A DNA stretch of 31,478 nt from NCBI GenBank assembly GCA_039180365.1, contig JBCDDI010000001.1, positions 1-31,478 on the forward strand. The letters run 5' to 3'. The translations under genes and the position numbers were made by a program. Under the pieces are notes generated by a model, which worked only from the letters and a program-made list of their open reading frames with translations, ran no database searches and was not told the DNA's origin. Of the stretch, positions 1 to 8,455 are shown piece after piece (the first letter of the stretch is position 1; the number at the start of each line of letters is the position of its first letter). This DNA is from Pseudomonadota bacterium. Lineage in GTDB: Bacteria; Pseudomonadota; Gammaproteobacteria; Pseudomonadales; Azotimanducaceae.

Positions 1-326
1 CCAACAACGCGCCTGGCACCATCCGGCGCAATAGCCCGCCCTTCCACGAGCGGGCTGAGGAACCGAACCTCCGGCAGTGCCCCGGCCCGCCAGGCCGCCC
101 GCAACTCGAAGTAATCACCCATGGAGAGCTCCGTCCGGGTGAGGAGGTGCGTAACGTCCTCAAGGTAGGCGGGCGTTACCGCCTCGAGACTGTTTACCAC
201 CCGCTGGCTGATCTGGTGAACGGCAACAATGGAAGCGACGGCGAGGGTGATGCCGAGCCAAACGGTCAGGGTGGAAAACGGCGCAAAGCTGAAGAAGCGG
301 AGCTGGCTGCGGGTGAGCAGCTTCAT
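1..326 (-). CDS. ABC transporter permease, FtsX/MacB-like (5' part; runs off the window)
   Basis: Not in the ORF track. ATG at 326 overlaps the TGA of the upstream ATPase. My translation is [44 protein letters not shown]..., open to the window edge, with the N-terminal '[13 protein letters not shown]' helix typical of FtsX/MacB permeases. Confidence 0.8.
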   Translation of the reverse strand, partial: MKLLTRSQLRFFSFAPFSTLTVWLGITLAVASIVAVHQISQRVVNSLEAVTPAYLEDVTHLLTRTELSMGDYFELRAAWRAGALPEVRFLSPLVEGRAIAPDGARRVV

Positions 327-1015
327 CACGGGGATTCGGGCCGGGTCCGGGCAAGCTCATCCAGACGTAACAGCCGGTCGGCCCGCGTGCCGATGGCCTC
401 ACTGTGCGTCGCCATGATGAGCGCACAGGGCAGGGCCCGGACCTCAGCCAGCAGCAGATCAACCACCTGCTCGGCATTGGCCGCATCAAGATTTCCCGTA
501 GGCTCATCGGCAAGGATAAGCGCGGGCCGGTGCGCAAGCGCTCGAGCAATGGCCGTGCGCTGTCGCTCGCCACCAGAAAGATGGGCGGGAAAGTCATCCA
601 ACCGTCCCTCGAGCCCGAGCTTAACAAGCCGTTCAACAGCTTCTTGCGCAAGCTGCTCAAGCCCGTTGAGCTCCAGCGGCAGCAGCACGTTTTCGCGGAC
701 CGTGAGTGTTGGAATCAGGTTGAAGAACTGGAAGACATAGCCGAGGTGCCGGCGGCGCAGCCGGCGGAGTGCTGCCTCGTCCATATGCTGGAGCGCCAGA
801 CCCTCATCCACCTTAAGCTCAATGCTGCCGGCGTCGGGGCGAAGGATCCCGGTGAGCAGATTCAGGAGCGTCGATTTGCCGGAACCGGAAGGCCCCATCA
901 GGGCGATCACTTCGCCAGCCCGGGCTTCGAAATCAAGACCGTGCAGCACCGGTCGAAGCTCGTCGCCATCGAGGAAGTGCTTGGAAAGGCTCCGAACCTC
1001 AAGCAGAGCGCTCAC
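326..1015 (-). CDS. ABC transporter ATP-binding protein (LolD/MacB-like)
   Basis: Walker [10 protein letters not shown], signature LSGGERQR, Walker [13 protein letters not shown]-loop ATH. Confidence 0.95.
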   Translation of the reverse strand: MSALLEVRSLSKHFLDGDELRPVLHGLDFEARAGEVIALMGPSGSGKSTLLNLLTGILRPDAGSIELKVDEGLALQHMDEAALRRLRRRHLGYVFQFFNLIPTLTVRENVLLPLELNGLEQLAQEAVERLVKLGLEGRLDDFPAHLSGGERQRTAIARALAHRPALILADEPTGNLDAANAEQVVDLLLAEVRALPCALIMATHSEAIGTRADRLLRLDELARTRPESP

Positions 1016-1782
1016 CGGAGCGTCTGCATGCCCTGCTGGTTGAGAGACGCCGTCAGCTCAGGCAGATGCGTGCCTGCGGCCACAGCAGTAAACACGGCTG
1101 CCACAGTGTCCTGCCGGGCAATACTTTCGAGGGTGGTCAGCGTTGGGGAAATCATCTGCCAGCTGCCGTCAGCGGCCGCCGCCAGCGCATCGCTCGCGGT
1201 GACCCAGTGTTCGCCCGCCGTTTCCCAGCTGTGCGCGGCAGTCTGCTGAGCCTGGGGCATACGGGCGACGAAGAACCGGGTGTCGAAGCGCCGTGGTACC
1301 GAATCCGGCGTCAGCCAGTGGCTGAAGTAGCTCAGGCAGTCGCCGGCGAGCACCAGGCGCTCCTCGCCGCAGAGGTCGGCCATGGTCATGGCACCGTCAA
1401 TAAGCTGCTGGCGGTAACCGTGAAAACGCTCAGCCTCTTCGTTTTCCGTTTCAAGGTCGAGGAACGCGCCATCGCGACGCGCCAGCAGAACGCCACATTC
1501 CTCAAAACATTCGCGGATGGCGGTCACCCAGTAGCGCAGACCTCCCGCCTCGAGGCCAAGCTCTGCGTTCGCTGTCGCCTCATCGAGCCCGAAGACCTGC
1601 TCATCAAGGAGATCCTGTTCATCAACCTTGCCGCCCGGGAACACGTGCAGGTCCGGAAAGTCGACGCCACCGGGCCGCTGAGTCATGAACACCTCGATCC
1701 CCGCATCAGTGTCGCGCATGAGCACAACGGTCGCCGCAAGGCGGATGTTGCCGCGAGCCAGCGGCTGCATGGCATCGCTCAA
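1012..1782 (-). CDS. NUDIX hydrolase (Nudt19-like, split Nudix box)
   Basis: AATVVLMRD, FPGGKVD, AIRECFEECG, HWLTP..VPRRFDTRFF motifs. Overlaps the ABC ATPase start by 4 bp. Confidence 0.9.
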   Translation of the reverse strand: MSDAMQPLARGNIRLAATVVLMRDTDAGIEVFMTQRPGGVDFPDLHVFPGGKVDEQDLLDEQVFGLDEATANAELGLEAGGLRYWVTAIRECFEECGVLLARRDGAFLDLETENEEAERFHGYRQQLIDGAMTMADLCGEERLVLAGDCLSYFSHWLTPDSVPRRFDTRFFVARMPQAQQTAAHSWETAGEHWVTASDALAAAADGSWQMISPTLTTLESIARQDTVAAVFTAVAAGTHLPELTASLNQQGMQTLR

Positions 1783-1804
1783 GAGATCTCTCCAGCCAGA
1801 ATTT

Positions 1805-1821
1805 GTGATATCACTTTGCCA
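1805..1821. promoter_or_regulatory. Candidate operator: palindrome GTGATATCAC (1805-1814) overlapping CACTTTGCCA (1812-1821)
   Basis: Perfect 10-bp palindrome in the divergent nudix/amrZ intergenic region. The second motif resembles the AmrZ consensus as I recall it (CAAATTGCCA). Confidence 0.3.
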
Positions 1822-1912
1822 CCCTTGTTGTGCCGACGCCCGGTACGCTAGATTCGCAGAGCACCCTGATTTCCGACCTGCCGGACCGACGCACCGGCCC
1901 TCCTTAGAGTGA

Positions 1913-1971
1913 GGCTTACACTGAGGAGTAGACTGCGGAGCCCTGCGCGCTCAGTGGAGCCGCCTTTTTTT
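1913..1971 (+). terminator. Hairpin followed by T7 in the leader of the amrZ-like gene (attenuator or sRNA 3' end)
   Basis: GGCT 1913-1916 pairs with AGCC 1958-1961, CACTGAG 1919-1925 pairs with CTCAGTG 1950-1956, then TTTTTTT at 1965-1971. Confidence 0.5.
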
Positions 1972-2006
1972 GGAGCATGTTGGCAGAACATGATCGGGAG
2001 CAGCCG

Positions 2007-2303
2007 ATGAAAGAGCAGCCCTACAAATACATGGTGCGTCTCCCACCCGCCATGAGAGACCAGATCCGCGAATCAGCCCGTCATTACCGGCGCAGCATGA
2101 ATTCCGACATTGTAGCGCGACTGCAGCAGACCTTCAGCGGCATCCCGGACGAGTCCATGGTGAAGGACATCGAACCCCCGATGCACGAAGAGATTGAGCA
2201 GCTGCTCCGGCGCGAGCTTTCCCCGGTGGAAGAAGAGCTCCTGCGCGCTTTCCGGCGCATGCCGGCGAGTAAACAGGAAGCGCTGCTGGGCCTTCTGGTT
2301 TGA
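2007..2303 (+). CDS. amrZ: Arc-family ribbon-helix-helix regulator, AmrZ/AlgZ-like
   Basis: YKYMVRLPPAMRDQIRESARHYRRSMNSDIVARLQQ matches the AmrZ Arc domain. The C-terminal ELSPVEEELLRAFRRM matches the AmrZ C-terminal domain as recalled. GGAG lies 6 nt before ATG 2007; ATG 1977 is an alternative start. Confidence 0.8.
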   Translation: MKEQPYKYMVRLPPAMRDQIRESARHYRRSMNSDIVARLQQTFSGIPDESMVKDIEPPMHEEIEQLLRRELSPVEEELLRAFRRMPASKQEALLGLLV

Positions 2304-2306
2304 GTC

Positions 2307-3293
2307 ATGACTGATTTCGCCCTGGTCCCGTACTGGCATCCCACAACCATCTGCTTCGTGGATGACAATGAGTCCTTCCTGCAGAGCCTCGACCTTGAAC
2401 TACCGGGCAGCTGGGCCTGCCGCACCTTCGCGGACCCGGAGATTGCCCTCGAATTTCTGCGCGAACCGGTACCTCTGGCACCGCTCATGGACCGCTGCTT
2501 CTCGCTCCAGCAGCAGGCTGGAGAGCGGCTCATCCGCCTTGATCTCAATCTCGTCGAACAGGAAATCAACCACGTCGATCGGTTCCGGCGTAACTCCGTA
2601 CTTGTCGTTGACTACGCCATGCCCTCCATCAACGGGCTCCGATTCTGCGAGATGCTCGACGACCCCTTTATCCAGAAGGCCATGCTCACGGGCGTGGCCG
2701 ATGAGAAGCTGGCGGTGGAAGCGTTTAATGCCGGACTCATCCATCGCTTCATACCCAAGCAGTCGGCGGAATCCATCACCACCGTGCGGCGATTTGTTGA
2801 GGAATTGCTCCACGAATACTTCAATCAGTACACGGCACGCCTGAAAACCAATCTCGCCATCGACCCGCCGGAGTTCCTCGTCGACAGCACCGTCGCCGAG
2901 TACGTGCATGGGCTCATGGCGGAGCACGGCCTGGTCGAGTACTACCTCATTGACGACCCACCGGGGTTACTCATGCTTCGGGGTAACGGTGAGCTGTGGC
3001 GGGTTGCCATTCTCGACGCCGCCGACAGGGCCCGGCAGCTGGAGCTGGCGCGCAGCTTCGGCGCACCGGCTGAAGTCCTGGAGCGTCTCGGCAGCGGCCG
3101 GGGCATTGTGTTTCTGCCCGGCCTTTCACCGGCCGACTACTTCGGGGACGAGGATTTCCCGTGGGCCGAACAGTTGCACCCGGCGGAGCGGATCAGCGAG
3201 CGCTGGCACGTGGCCATCTGGAAAGACGCCCCGGCGGACGTCGACTTCGATCGAGAGACCGCGTCCTACAACGCCTACCTTGCAACCCTCTGA
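2307..3293 (+). CDS. lqsR: LqsR-like response regulator (receiver domain with insertion plus LqsR-type output domain)
   Basis: PTTICFVDD, SVLVVDYAMPSINGLRFC (D102), MLTGVADEKLAVEAFNAGLIHRFI, HGLVEYYL and terminal SYNAYL are colinear with Legionella LqsR as recalled. Confidence 0.75.
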   Translation: MTDFALVPYWHPTTICFVDDNESFLQSLDLELPGSWACRTFADPEIALEFLREPVPLAPLMDRCFSLQQQAGERLIRLDLNLVEQEINHVDRFRRNSVLVVDYAMPSINGLRFCEMLDDPFIQKAMLTGVADEKLAVEAFNAGLIHRFIPKQSAESITTVRRFVEELLHEYFNQYTARLKTNLAIDPPEFLVDSTVAEYVHGLMAEHGLVEYYLIDDPPGLLMLRGNGELWRVAILDAADRARQLELARSFGAPAEVLERLGSGRGIVFLPGLSPADYFGDEDFPWAEQLHPAERISERWHVAIWKDAPADVDFDRETASYNAYLATL

Positions 3294-3303
3294 GCGGCGG
3301 TTC

Positions 3304-4827
3304 TCAGCTGCCGCGCATGTGCGCCGGGATCAGCCAGCGCTCCAGCGCCTCAAAGAGCAGCTCCGTGACCACCGCAAGGGCGGCCGCGGGCACGGCACCT
3401 TCGAGAATCAGACTTGTATCGTTAAGAGCCAGCCCCGTCACGATTGGATCACCCAGACCGCCCGCCCCGATAAAGGCCGCAAGGGTCGCGGTGCCGATGC
3501 TGATAACCGCCGCGGTGCGAATACCGGCAAACATGCTCGGCAACGCCAGGGGCAGATAGACGAAGCGGAGCTCCTCCCGTCGGGACAGCCCCATAGCAAC
3601 AGCCACGCGCTTCAAGGTTGGGTCAATGGTTGTCAACGCGGTCAGGGTGTTGCGCAGAATCGGCAGGAGCGAGTAGAGAAACAGGGCAACAATCGCAGGC
3701 ACAACGCCGATGCCGAGAATCGGGATGAAGAGGGCCAGCAGCGCGATGGAGGGAATCGTCTGCATAAGCCCGCAGACGTAGGTAACCCCGCGCGCCAGGA
3801 GCGGCTGCCGGAACGCGGCGAGACTTAAGCCCACGCCGACGACCACCGCACTCAGCACGGCGGCGAAGGTAAGCTGCAGATGACGCCAGGTGTTGGCAGC
3901 CAGCTCTCCGCGCCGCCCGCCCCCAACGTTCCGCGCCGTGACCAACCCCTCATTCATGAGATAGTCGTTGGCCACATCCGCAAAGGACCGCTTCGCGAAA
4001 ACCACTTCGGCGTTCAGCGCCTGCATGGTGTCCGCGTCTATTCTTTCGCTTAACGGGGCCAGGGCGTCCCGAGCGGCGGCCGGCAGACTCTGGCGTATGA
4101 GCGGCAGGGCCAGATATTCGGGAAAGTAGCCAAGGTCGTCTTCCAGCATCGTGAGATCGTAACGGGCCAGTTCGCCGTCCGTTGAATAGGCATCGGTGAT
4201 GTCGATGCTGCCCTCGGCAATGGCCTGATAGGCAAGACCGTGCTCGATGCCTCGGACGGCTGAGGTGAGCCCGTAGGCGCGCGCAAGGCCCGGCCAGCCA
4301 TCCTCGCGTTCGACAAACTCGTGACTGACCACCACCTTGAGATCCGGATGATCCGCAAGATCACCAACGCGAACGAGACCCAGGCGCTCAGCCACTGCCC
4401 TCGGCGTCACCATGGCGTAGGTGTTGTTGAAGCCGAAGGGGTCAAGGACCTCAAGTCCGCGAGCGGCGAGCAGTGTATTTAAGGCCTCAGGTTCGGTGAC
4501 CTCCGGTGAGCCAAGAATCACCTGGCTCAGGGTGCCCGTGTACTCCGCGTAGAGGTCAATTTCACCCGCGGCCAGCGCCTCGAAGCAGATGAGCGTGCCA
4601 CCGAGGCCAAAACGCCGCTCAACCTCGAAGCCGGCCTCTTCCAGGAGCTGAGCCATAAGCTCGCTGAGGATGTAGGACTCGTTGAAGTTCTTACTGGCGA
4701 TGCGGATAGGTTCTGCAGCAAGCGATGCGGAAAAGCTCGCGAACGTGATGACAGCACCAAGCAGCAAGCCCCTACTCCGCCGGAAGCGCCCGTTGCCGCG
4801 GATGCTCCGCTGGCCGACGCCCTTCAT
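3304..4827 (-). CDS. Osmoprotectant (glycine betaine/choline-type) ABC transporter, fused substrate-binding protein + permease
   Basis: N-terminal signal peptide, OpuAC/OsmF motifs (SKNFNE, EYTGT, GFNNTY, AYSTDG), and a C-terminal permease with EAA-like loop (VAMGLSRREELRFVYLPLA) and IGAGGLG. Confidence 0.9.
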   Translation of the reverse strand: MKGVGQRSIRGNGRFRRSRGLLLGAVITFASFSASLAAEPIRIASKNFNESYILSELMAQLLEEAGFEVERRFGLGGTLICFEALAAGEIDLYAEYTGTLSQVILGSPEVTEPEALNTLLAARGLEVLDPFGFNNTYAMVTPRAVAERLGLVRVGDLADHPDLKVVVSHEFVEREDGWPGLARAYGLTSAVRGIEHGLAYQAIAEGSIDITDAYSTDGELARYDLTMLEDDLGYFPEYLALPLIRQSLPAAARDALAPLSERIDADTMQALNAEVVFAKRSFADVANDYLMNEGLVTARNVGGGRRGELAANTWRHLQLTFAAVLSAVVVGVGLSLAAFRQPLLARGVTYVCGLMQTIPSIALLALFIPILGIGVVPAIVALFLYSLLPILRNTLTALTTIDPTLKRVAVAMGLSRREELRFVYLPLALPSMFAGIRTAAVISIGTATLAAFIGAGGLGDPIVTGLALNDTSLILEGAVPAAALAVVTELLFEALERWLIPAHMRGS

Positions 4828-5555
4828 TCGAGCTGGCCCCGCAGCAGCTCGGCAACATAGTCATTGGCGGGCTGCGCCAGCACTTCCGGGACCGGCGCCG
4901 CCTGAGCGATCTCACCGCCGCGCACGATCACCAGCATCTGTGCAAGCTTTACCGCCTCACGCATATCGTGAGTCACCAGCAACGCACTGACACCCTGCTG
5001 GGCCTGGACCTGAAGAAATTTCTCGTAGATGCCAACCCGGGTGATCGGATCAACGGCTGAGAAGGGTTCATCAAGCAGCAGCAGCTCCGGGCGCAGCATC
5101 AGGGCCCGGCAGAGGCCGACACGCTGCTGCTGGCCGCCGGAAAGCTCTGCCGGATAGCGGTCCCTGGCGTCCTCCGGCAGCCCCATCTCCTCGAGAAGCT
5201 CAGCGATCCGGGCCCTGATCGCCTCTGCGGACCAGCCTTCAAGGCGGGCCAGAAGCGAAATGTTTGCGCCATTGGTCATGTGCGGGAAGAGGCCGGCGCC
5301 CTGAACGCTGTAGCCGATACGACGGCGGAAACGGACGCGGTCCTTCGGTATGGGTTCGCCGAAGACCGTGACCGTGCCGGAGTCCGGGGATTCAAGGGCG
5401 TTTACCAGTTGCAGGAGCGTGGTTTTACCGCTGCCGCTCTCTCCAACAATGGCCGTCGTCTTCCCCGCCGGCAGCGCCAGCGATACCCCGCTCAGCACGG
5501 GCGTGCCAGGCACGTAGGACTTCCAGACGTCCGTCAGCCGAACGCAGTCGCTCAC
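4824..5555 (-). CDS. Osmoprotectant ABC transporter ATP-binding protein
   Basis: GESGSGKT, LSGGQQQR, LLLDEPFSAVDP, VTHD. GTG start overlaps the sbcB stop, and its own stop overlaps the permease ATG. Confidence 0.92.
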   Translation of the reverse strand: MSDCVRLTDVWKSYVPGTPVLSGVSLALPAGKTTAIVGESGSGKTTLLQLVNALESPDSGTVTVFGEPIPKDRVRFRRRIGYSVQGAGLFPHMTNGANISLLARLEGWSAEAIRARIAELLEEMGLPEDARDRYPAELSGGQQQRVGLCRALMLRPELLLLDEPFSAVDPITRVGIYEKFLQVQAQQGVSALLVTHDMREAVKLAQMLVIVRGGEIAQAAPVPEVLAQPANDYVAELLRGQLE

Positions 5556-6988
5556 GGTTGTGCCGGGTACCGATCAGCGAGCATTCTGCCGTGTTGCTCG
5601 AGCTCATTGAGAAGCGCGAGCTCCCGCCCCCGGGCCGGCTCCTCCTGCAGTTCGGCCCGGGCACTCTGCAGCCGCTCGAAGTAGTCGGGGAGTGCCAGCC
5701 AGTCGGCACCGGTGGCATTCAGCTTCTGCGTCACAAACGCCTGCCAGTCCGCCACCTCAGCGGCATCCATACGCCCGGCGAAACTGCGGGCTTTCAGTCG
5801 TTCCGCCAGGACGTGGAGGCGCTTGTCGTCAAAATCGGCGCGAGGCCACTCATCATCCTCAATGCGATCGAGAAAGTCGTTGCAGCGGCTTCGGTCGGCG
5901 TCCTGCAGAAAGGCGTCATAGAGCGCCGCGTCAGGATCACTCTGCTTGTCGCCGAAGCGATTGGCATAAACCCGCATGATCTTCTGCGCCAGGCCGGGCT
6001 GCTTCAGGCGCCGCTGGCGTTTGTCGATGTCCTTCCTGCGGAAACCGATGCGATCCCAGTTTTCCTCGTCCATGACCTCGATACCGGCCACAAAGGGACA
6101 GCGGTTGATCTTGATCTCTTTCAGCGGCGGGCGATCGGGAATACGTCCGGGCAGGAACAGCTTTTCGCGGATCTGCTCCTCGGACCAGGACAGGAGGGGC
6201 TCCACATCCTGGGCGAGATCGGCAACGATGATGGAGTTGCTGTTGGTCGGATGCCGACACAGTGACAGCACTGGCGCCGAACAGAACCGCTCACGCGGGT
6301 ACATGCCGGAAACATGCAGGCACAGACGGGCGCCGTAAGGCTCAAGGAGCGAGCGTACGGCTTTCTTCCGGCGTTTCTTGAAAAAGTAGTCGTAGAGTCG
6401 CGGCTGCGCCGTTTTGATCATGCGCGCCACCGCCACCGTTGCGCGGACGTCAGAAAGCGCATCGTGCGCATGACCGTGGTCCAGGCCGTTGGCCCGGGTC
6501 ATGTCTTCAAGGCGGTAGGTGGGCAGCCCTTCCTCGTTGGTGGGCCAGACGATCCCGTCACGGCGGAGCGCGCCGGTGGCACGAACCAGATCGATGATGT
6601 CCCAGCGGGAGTTTTCGTTCTGCCATTCCCGGGCATAAGGATCCATGAGCATCCGGTAAAAGCCGTAGCGAATGAACTCATCGTCAAAACGCAGGCTGTT
6701 GAAGCCCGCGACGCAGGTCTGCGGTTCGCTGAAGAGCTTGCGGATGTGCCTGAGGACCTCGAACTCGCTTACGCCTTCGGCATGTGTCTGAGCCGGGGTG
6801 ATCCCGGTGACCAGTGTTGCCTGAGGATTGGGCAGAACGTCGTCCGGGAGTTCGACATAGGTCATGTACTCATCGCCGATCTCGTTCAGATCCATGTCCG
6901 TACGAAAGCCGCCGAACTGCACAATGCGGTCCCAGCGGGGTTCCGTCCCGGAAGTCTCGAGGTCGTACCAGTAAAGCGAGTGCGCCAT
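5552..6988 (-). CDS. sbcB: Exodeoxyribonuclease I
   Basis: DEDDh motifs WYDLETSG, GFNSLRFDDEF, HAHDALSD, plus KINRCP. The real start is MAHSLYW (6988; alternative 7000). The extension to 7387 in the ORF track overlaps the divergent gene. Confidence 0.95.
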   Translation of the reverse strand: MAHSLYWYDLETSGTEPRWDRIVQFGGFRTDMDLNEIGDEYMTYVELPDDVLPNPQATLVTGITPAQTHAEGVSEFEVLRHIRKLFSEPQTCVAGFNSLRFDDEFIRYGFYRMLMDPYAREWQNENSRWDIIDLVRATGALRRDGIVWPTNEEGLPTYRLEDMTRANGLDHGHAHDALSDVRATVAVARMIKTAQPRLYDYFFKKRRKKAVRSLLEPYGARLCLHVSGMYPRERFCSAPVLSLCRHPTNSNSIIVADLAQDVEPLLSWSEEQIREKLFLPGRIPDRPPLKEIKINRCPFVAGIEVMDEENWDRIGFRRKDIDKRQRRLKQPGLAQKIMRVYANRFGDKQSDPDAALYDAFLQDADRSRCNDFLDRIEDDEWPRADFDDKRLHVLAERLKARSFAGRMDAAEVADWQAFVTQKLNATGADWLALPDYFERLQSARAELQEEPARGRELALLNELEQHGRMLADRYPAQP

Positions 6989-7063
6989 AGGCGCTTGCAT
7001 TCCCCTCTCAGTAGAAATCGGCTCAGTTGCGTTCGGCTGCTGCCGTTGGCATCGTGCGCAGCC

Positions 7064-8455
7064 ATGACGCAGCCGCAGACAACGCCAACCCGGCGCCTGG
7101 CCCTTTATGCCGGTCCGGCGCTGGCCCTGCTCGCAGCATACCTCATGTCTCTGGCCGGATTCGAAAGAGATGCGGCATTTACAGCCGGCATCACCGTGCT
7201 CTGTGTCATCTGGTGGGTCTTTGAACCCATCCCCATCCCCGCAACTTCTTTTATCCCCCTGGGACTCTTTCCGCTCACAGGCGTACTCACGCCAGTGCAG
7301 GTCGCGCAGTCCTACGGACACAGTCTCATCCTGCTGCTGCTTGGCGGCTTCATACTGGCCACGGCACTGGAACGGGCCGGGGCGCATCGGCGTATTGCCC
7401 TTGGCATGGTGCGGGCTTTCGGAGGCCGCTCGAGCCGGTCCCTCGTGTTCGGCTTCATGGCGGCCTCAGCCGTGCTCTCCATGTGGATATCGAACACGGC
7501 AACTACGCTCATGCTGCTGCCGGTGGCGCTGGCGGTCGTTGAAAAATCTGCCGATGAGAAACTCGCAACACCCCTGCTCCTCGGTATCGCTTACGCCGCG
7601 AGTATCGGCGGCATCGGCACCCCCATCGGCACCCCGCCGAACATCATTTTCATGGGGGTATATGAAGCCAGCACCGGGGCGGCCATTCCCTTTGTCACCT
7701 GGATGACCTGGGCCGTGCCGATTGTGCTCGTGTTCCTGCCGATCATGGGCTTCTACCTGACCCGCGGCCTCACCTATCGGGGCGAAGTGCCACTTCCTGA
7801 TGTCGGGCGCTGGGAAGCCGCAGAGATCCGCGTGCTGGCGGTGTTCGCTCTGACAGCCTTCTGCTGGGTTACCCGCAGTCAGCCCTTCGGCGGCTGGACG
7901 GCACTGTTTGATCTGGGTCCAACGAACGACGCTATGGTTGCGCTGCTGGCGGTGGTGGTGATGTTTCTGGTCCCCGATGGCAAGGGTGGACGACTCCTTG
8001 ACTGGGAAACGGCAGAACGAATTCCCTGGGGCATGCTCGTGCTGTTCGGCGCCGGACTCTCAATCGCCGCTGCCTTCACGGCTTCCGGGTTGTCGGAGAC
8101 GATCGGCGCCCTCCTCTCAGGTCTGGCGGAGCTGCCGCTGCTGCCGATCATGCTGGTCATCTGCCTGGTGGTGACCTTCCTCACGGAGACCACCAGCAAT
8201 ACGGCCACGACCACCCTGCTCATGCCGATTCTCGCTGCCGGTGCCATCGGCGCGGCCATCGACCCCCGCCTCTTCATGATCCCGGCGGCCATGAGCGCCT
8301 CCTGCGCCTTCATGCTGCCGGTAGCCACGGCGCCGAACGTCATCATGTTCAGCACCGGCCGTTTCACCATCGAGACGATGGCCCGTGAGGGCTTCGCACT
8401 GAATCTCATCGGCGCCTTGATTATCGCCCTCGGCTGCTACGTGCTGCTGACCTGA
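7064..8455 (+). CDS. SLC13/DASS family sodium:dicarboxylate or sulfate symporter
   Basis: Polytopic hydrophobic protein with SMWISNTAT, GGIGTPIGTPPN, TETTSNTAT and FMLPVATAPN motifs. Start set at MTQPQ (7064). Confidence 0.93.
   Translation: MTQPQTTPTRRLALYAGPALALLAAYLMSLAGFERDAAFTAGITVLCVIWWVFEPIPIPATSFIPLGLFPLTGVLTPVQVAQSYGHSLILLLLGGFILATALERAGAHRRIALGMVRAFGGRSSRSLVFGFMAASAVLSMWISNTATTLMLLPVALAVVEKSADEKLATPLLLGIAYAASIGGIGTPIGTPPNIIFMGVYEASTGAAIPFVTWMTWAVPIVLVFLPIMGFYLTRGLTYRGEVPLPDVGRWEAAEIRVLAVFALTAFCWVTRSQPFGGWTALFDLGPTNDAMVALLAVVVMFLVPDGKGGRLLDWETAERIPWGMLVLFGAGLSIAAAFTASGLSETIGALLSGLAELPLLPIMLVICLVVTFLTETTSNTATTTLLMPILAAGAIGAAIDPRLFMIPAAMSASCAFMLPVATAPNVIMFSTGRFTIETMAREGFALNLIGALIIALGCYVLLT

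Noticed and set aside
6314-7387. N-terminal extensions of the SLC13 (from 6314) and sbcB (from 7387) ORFs
   Set aside because: Each extension is the antisense read of the other gene. The conserved domains begin at 7064 and 6988.
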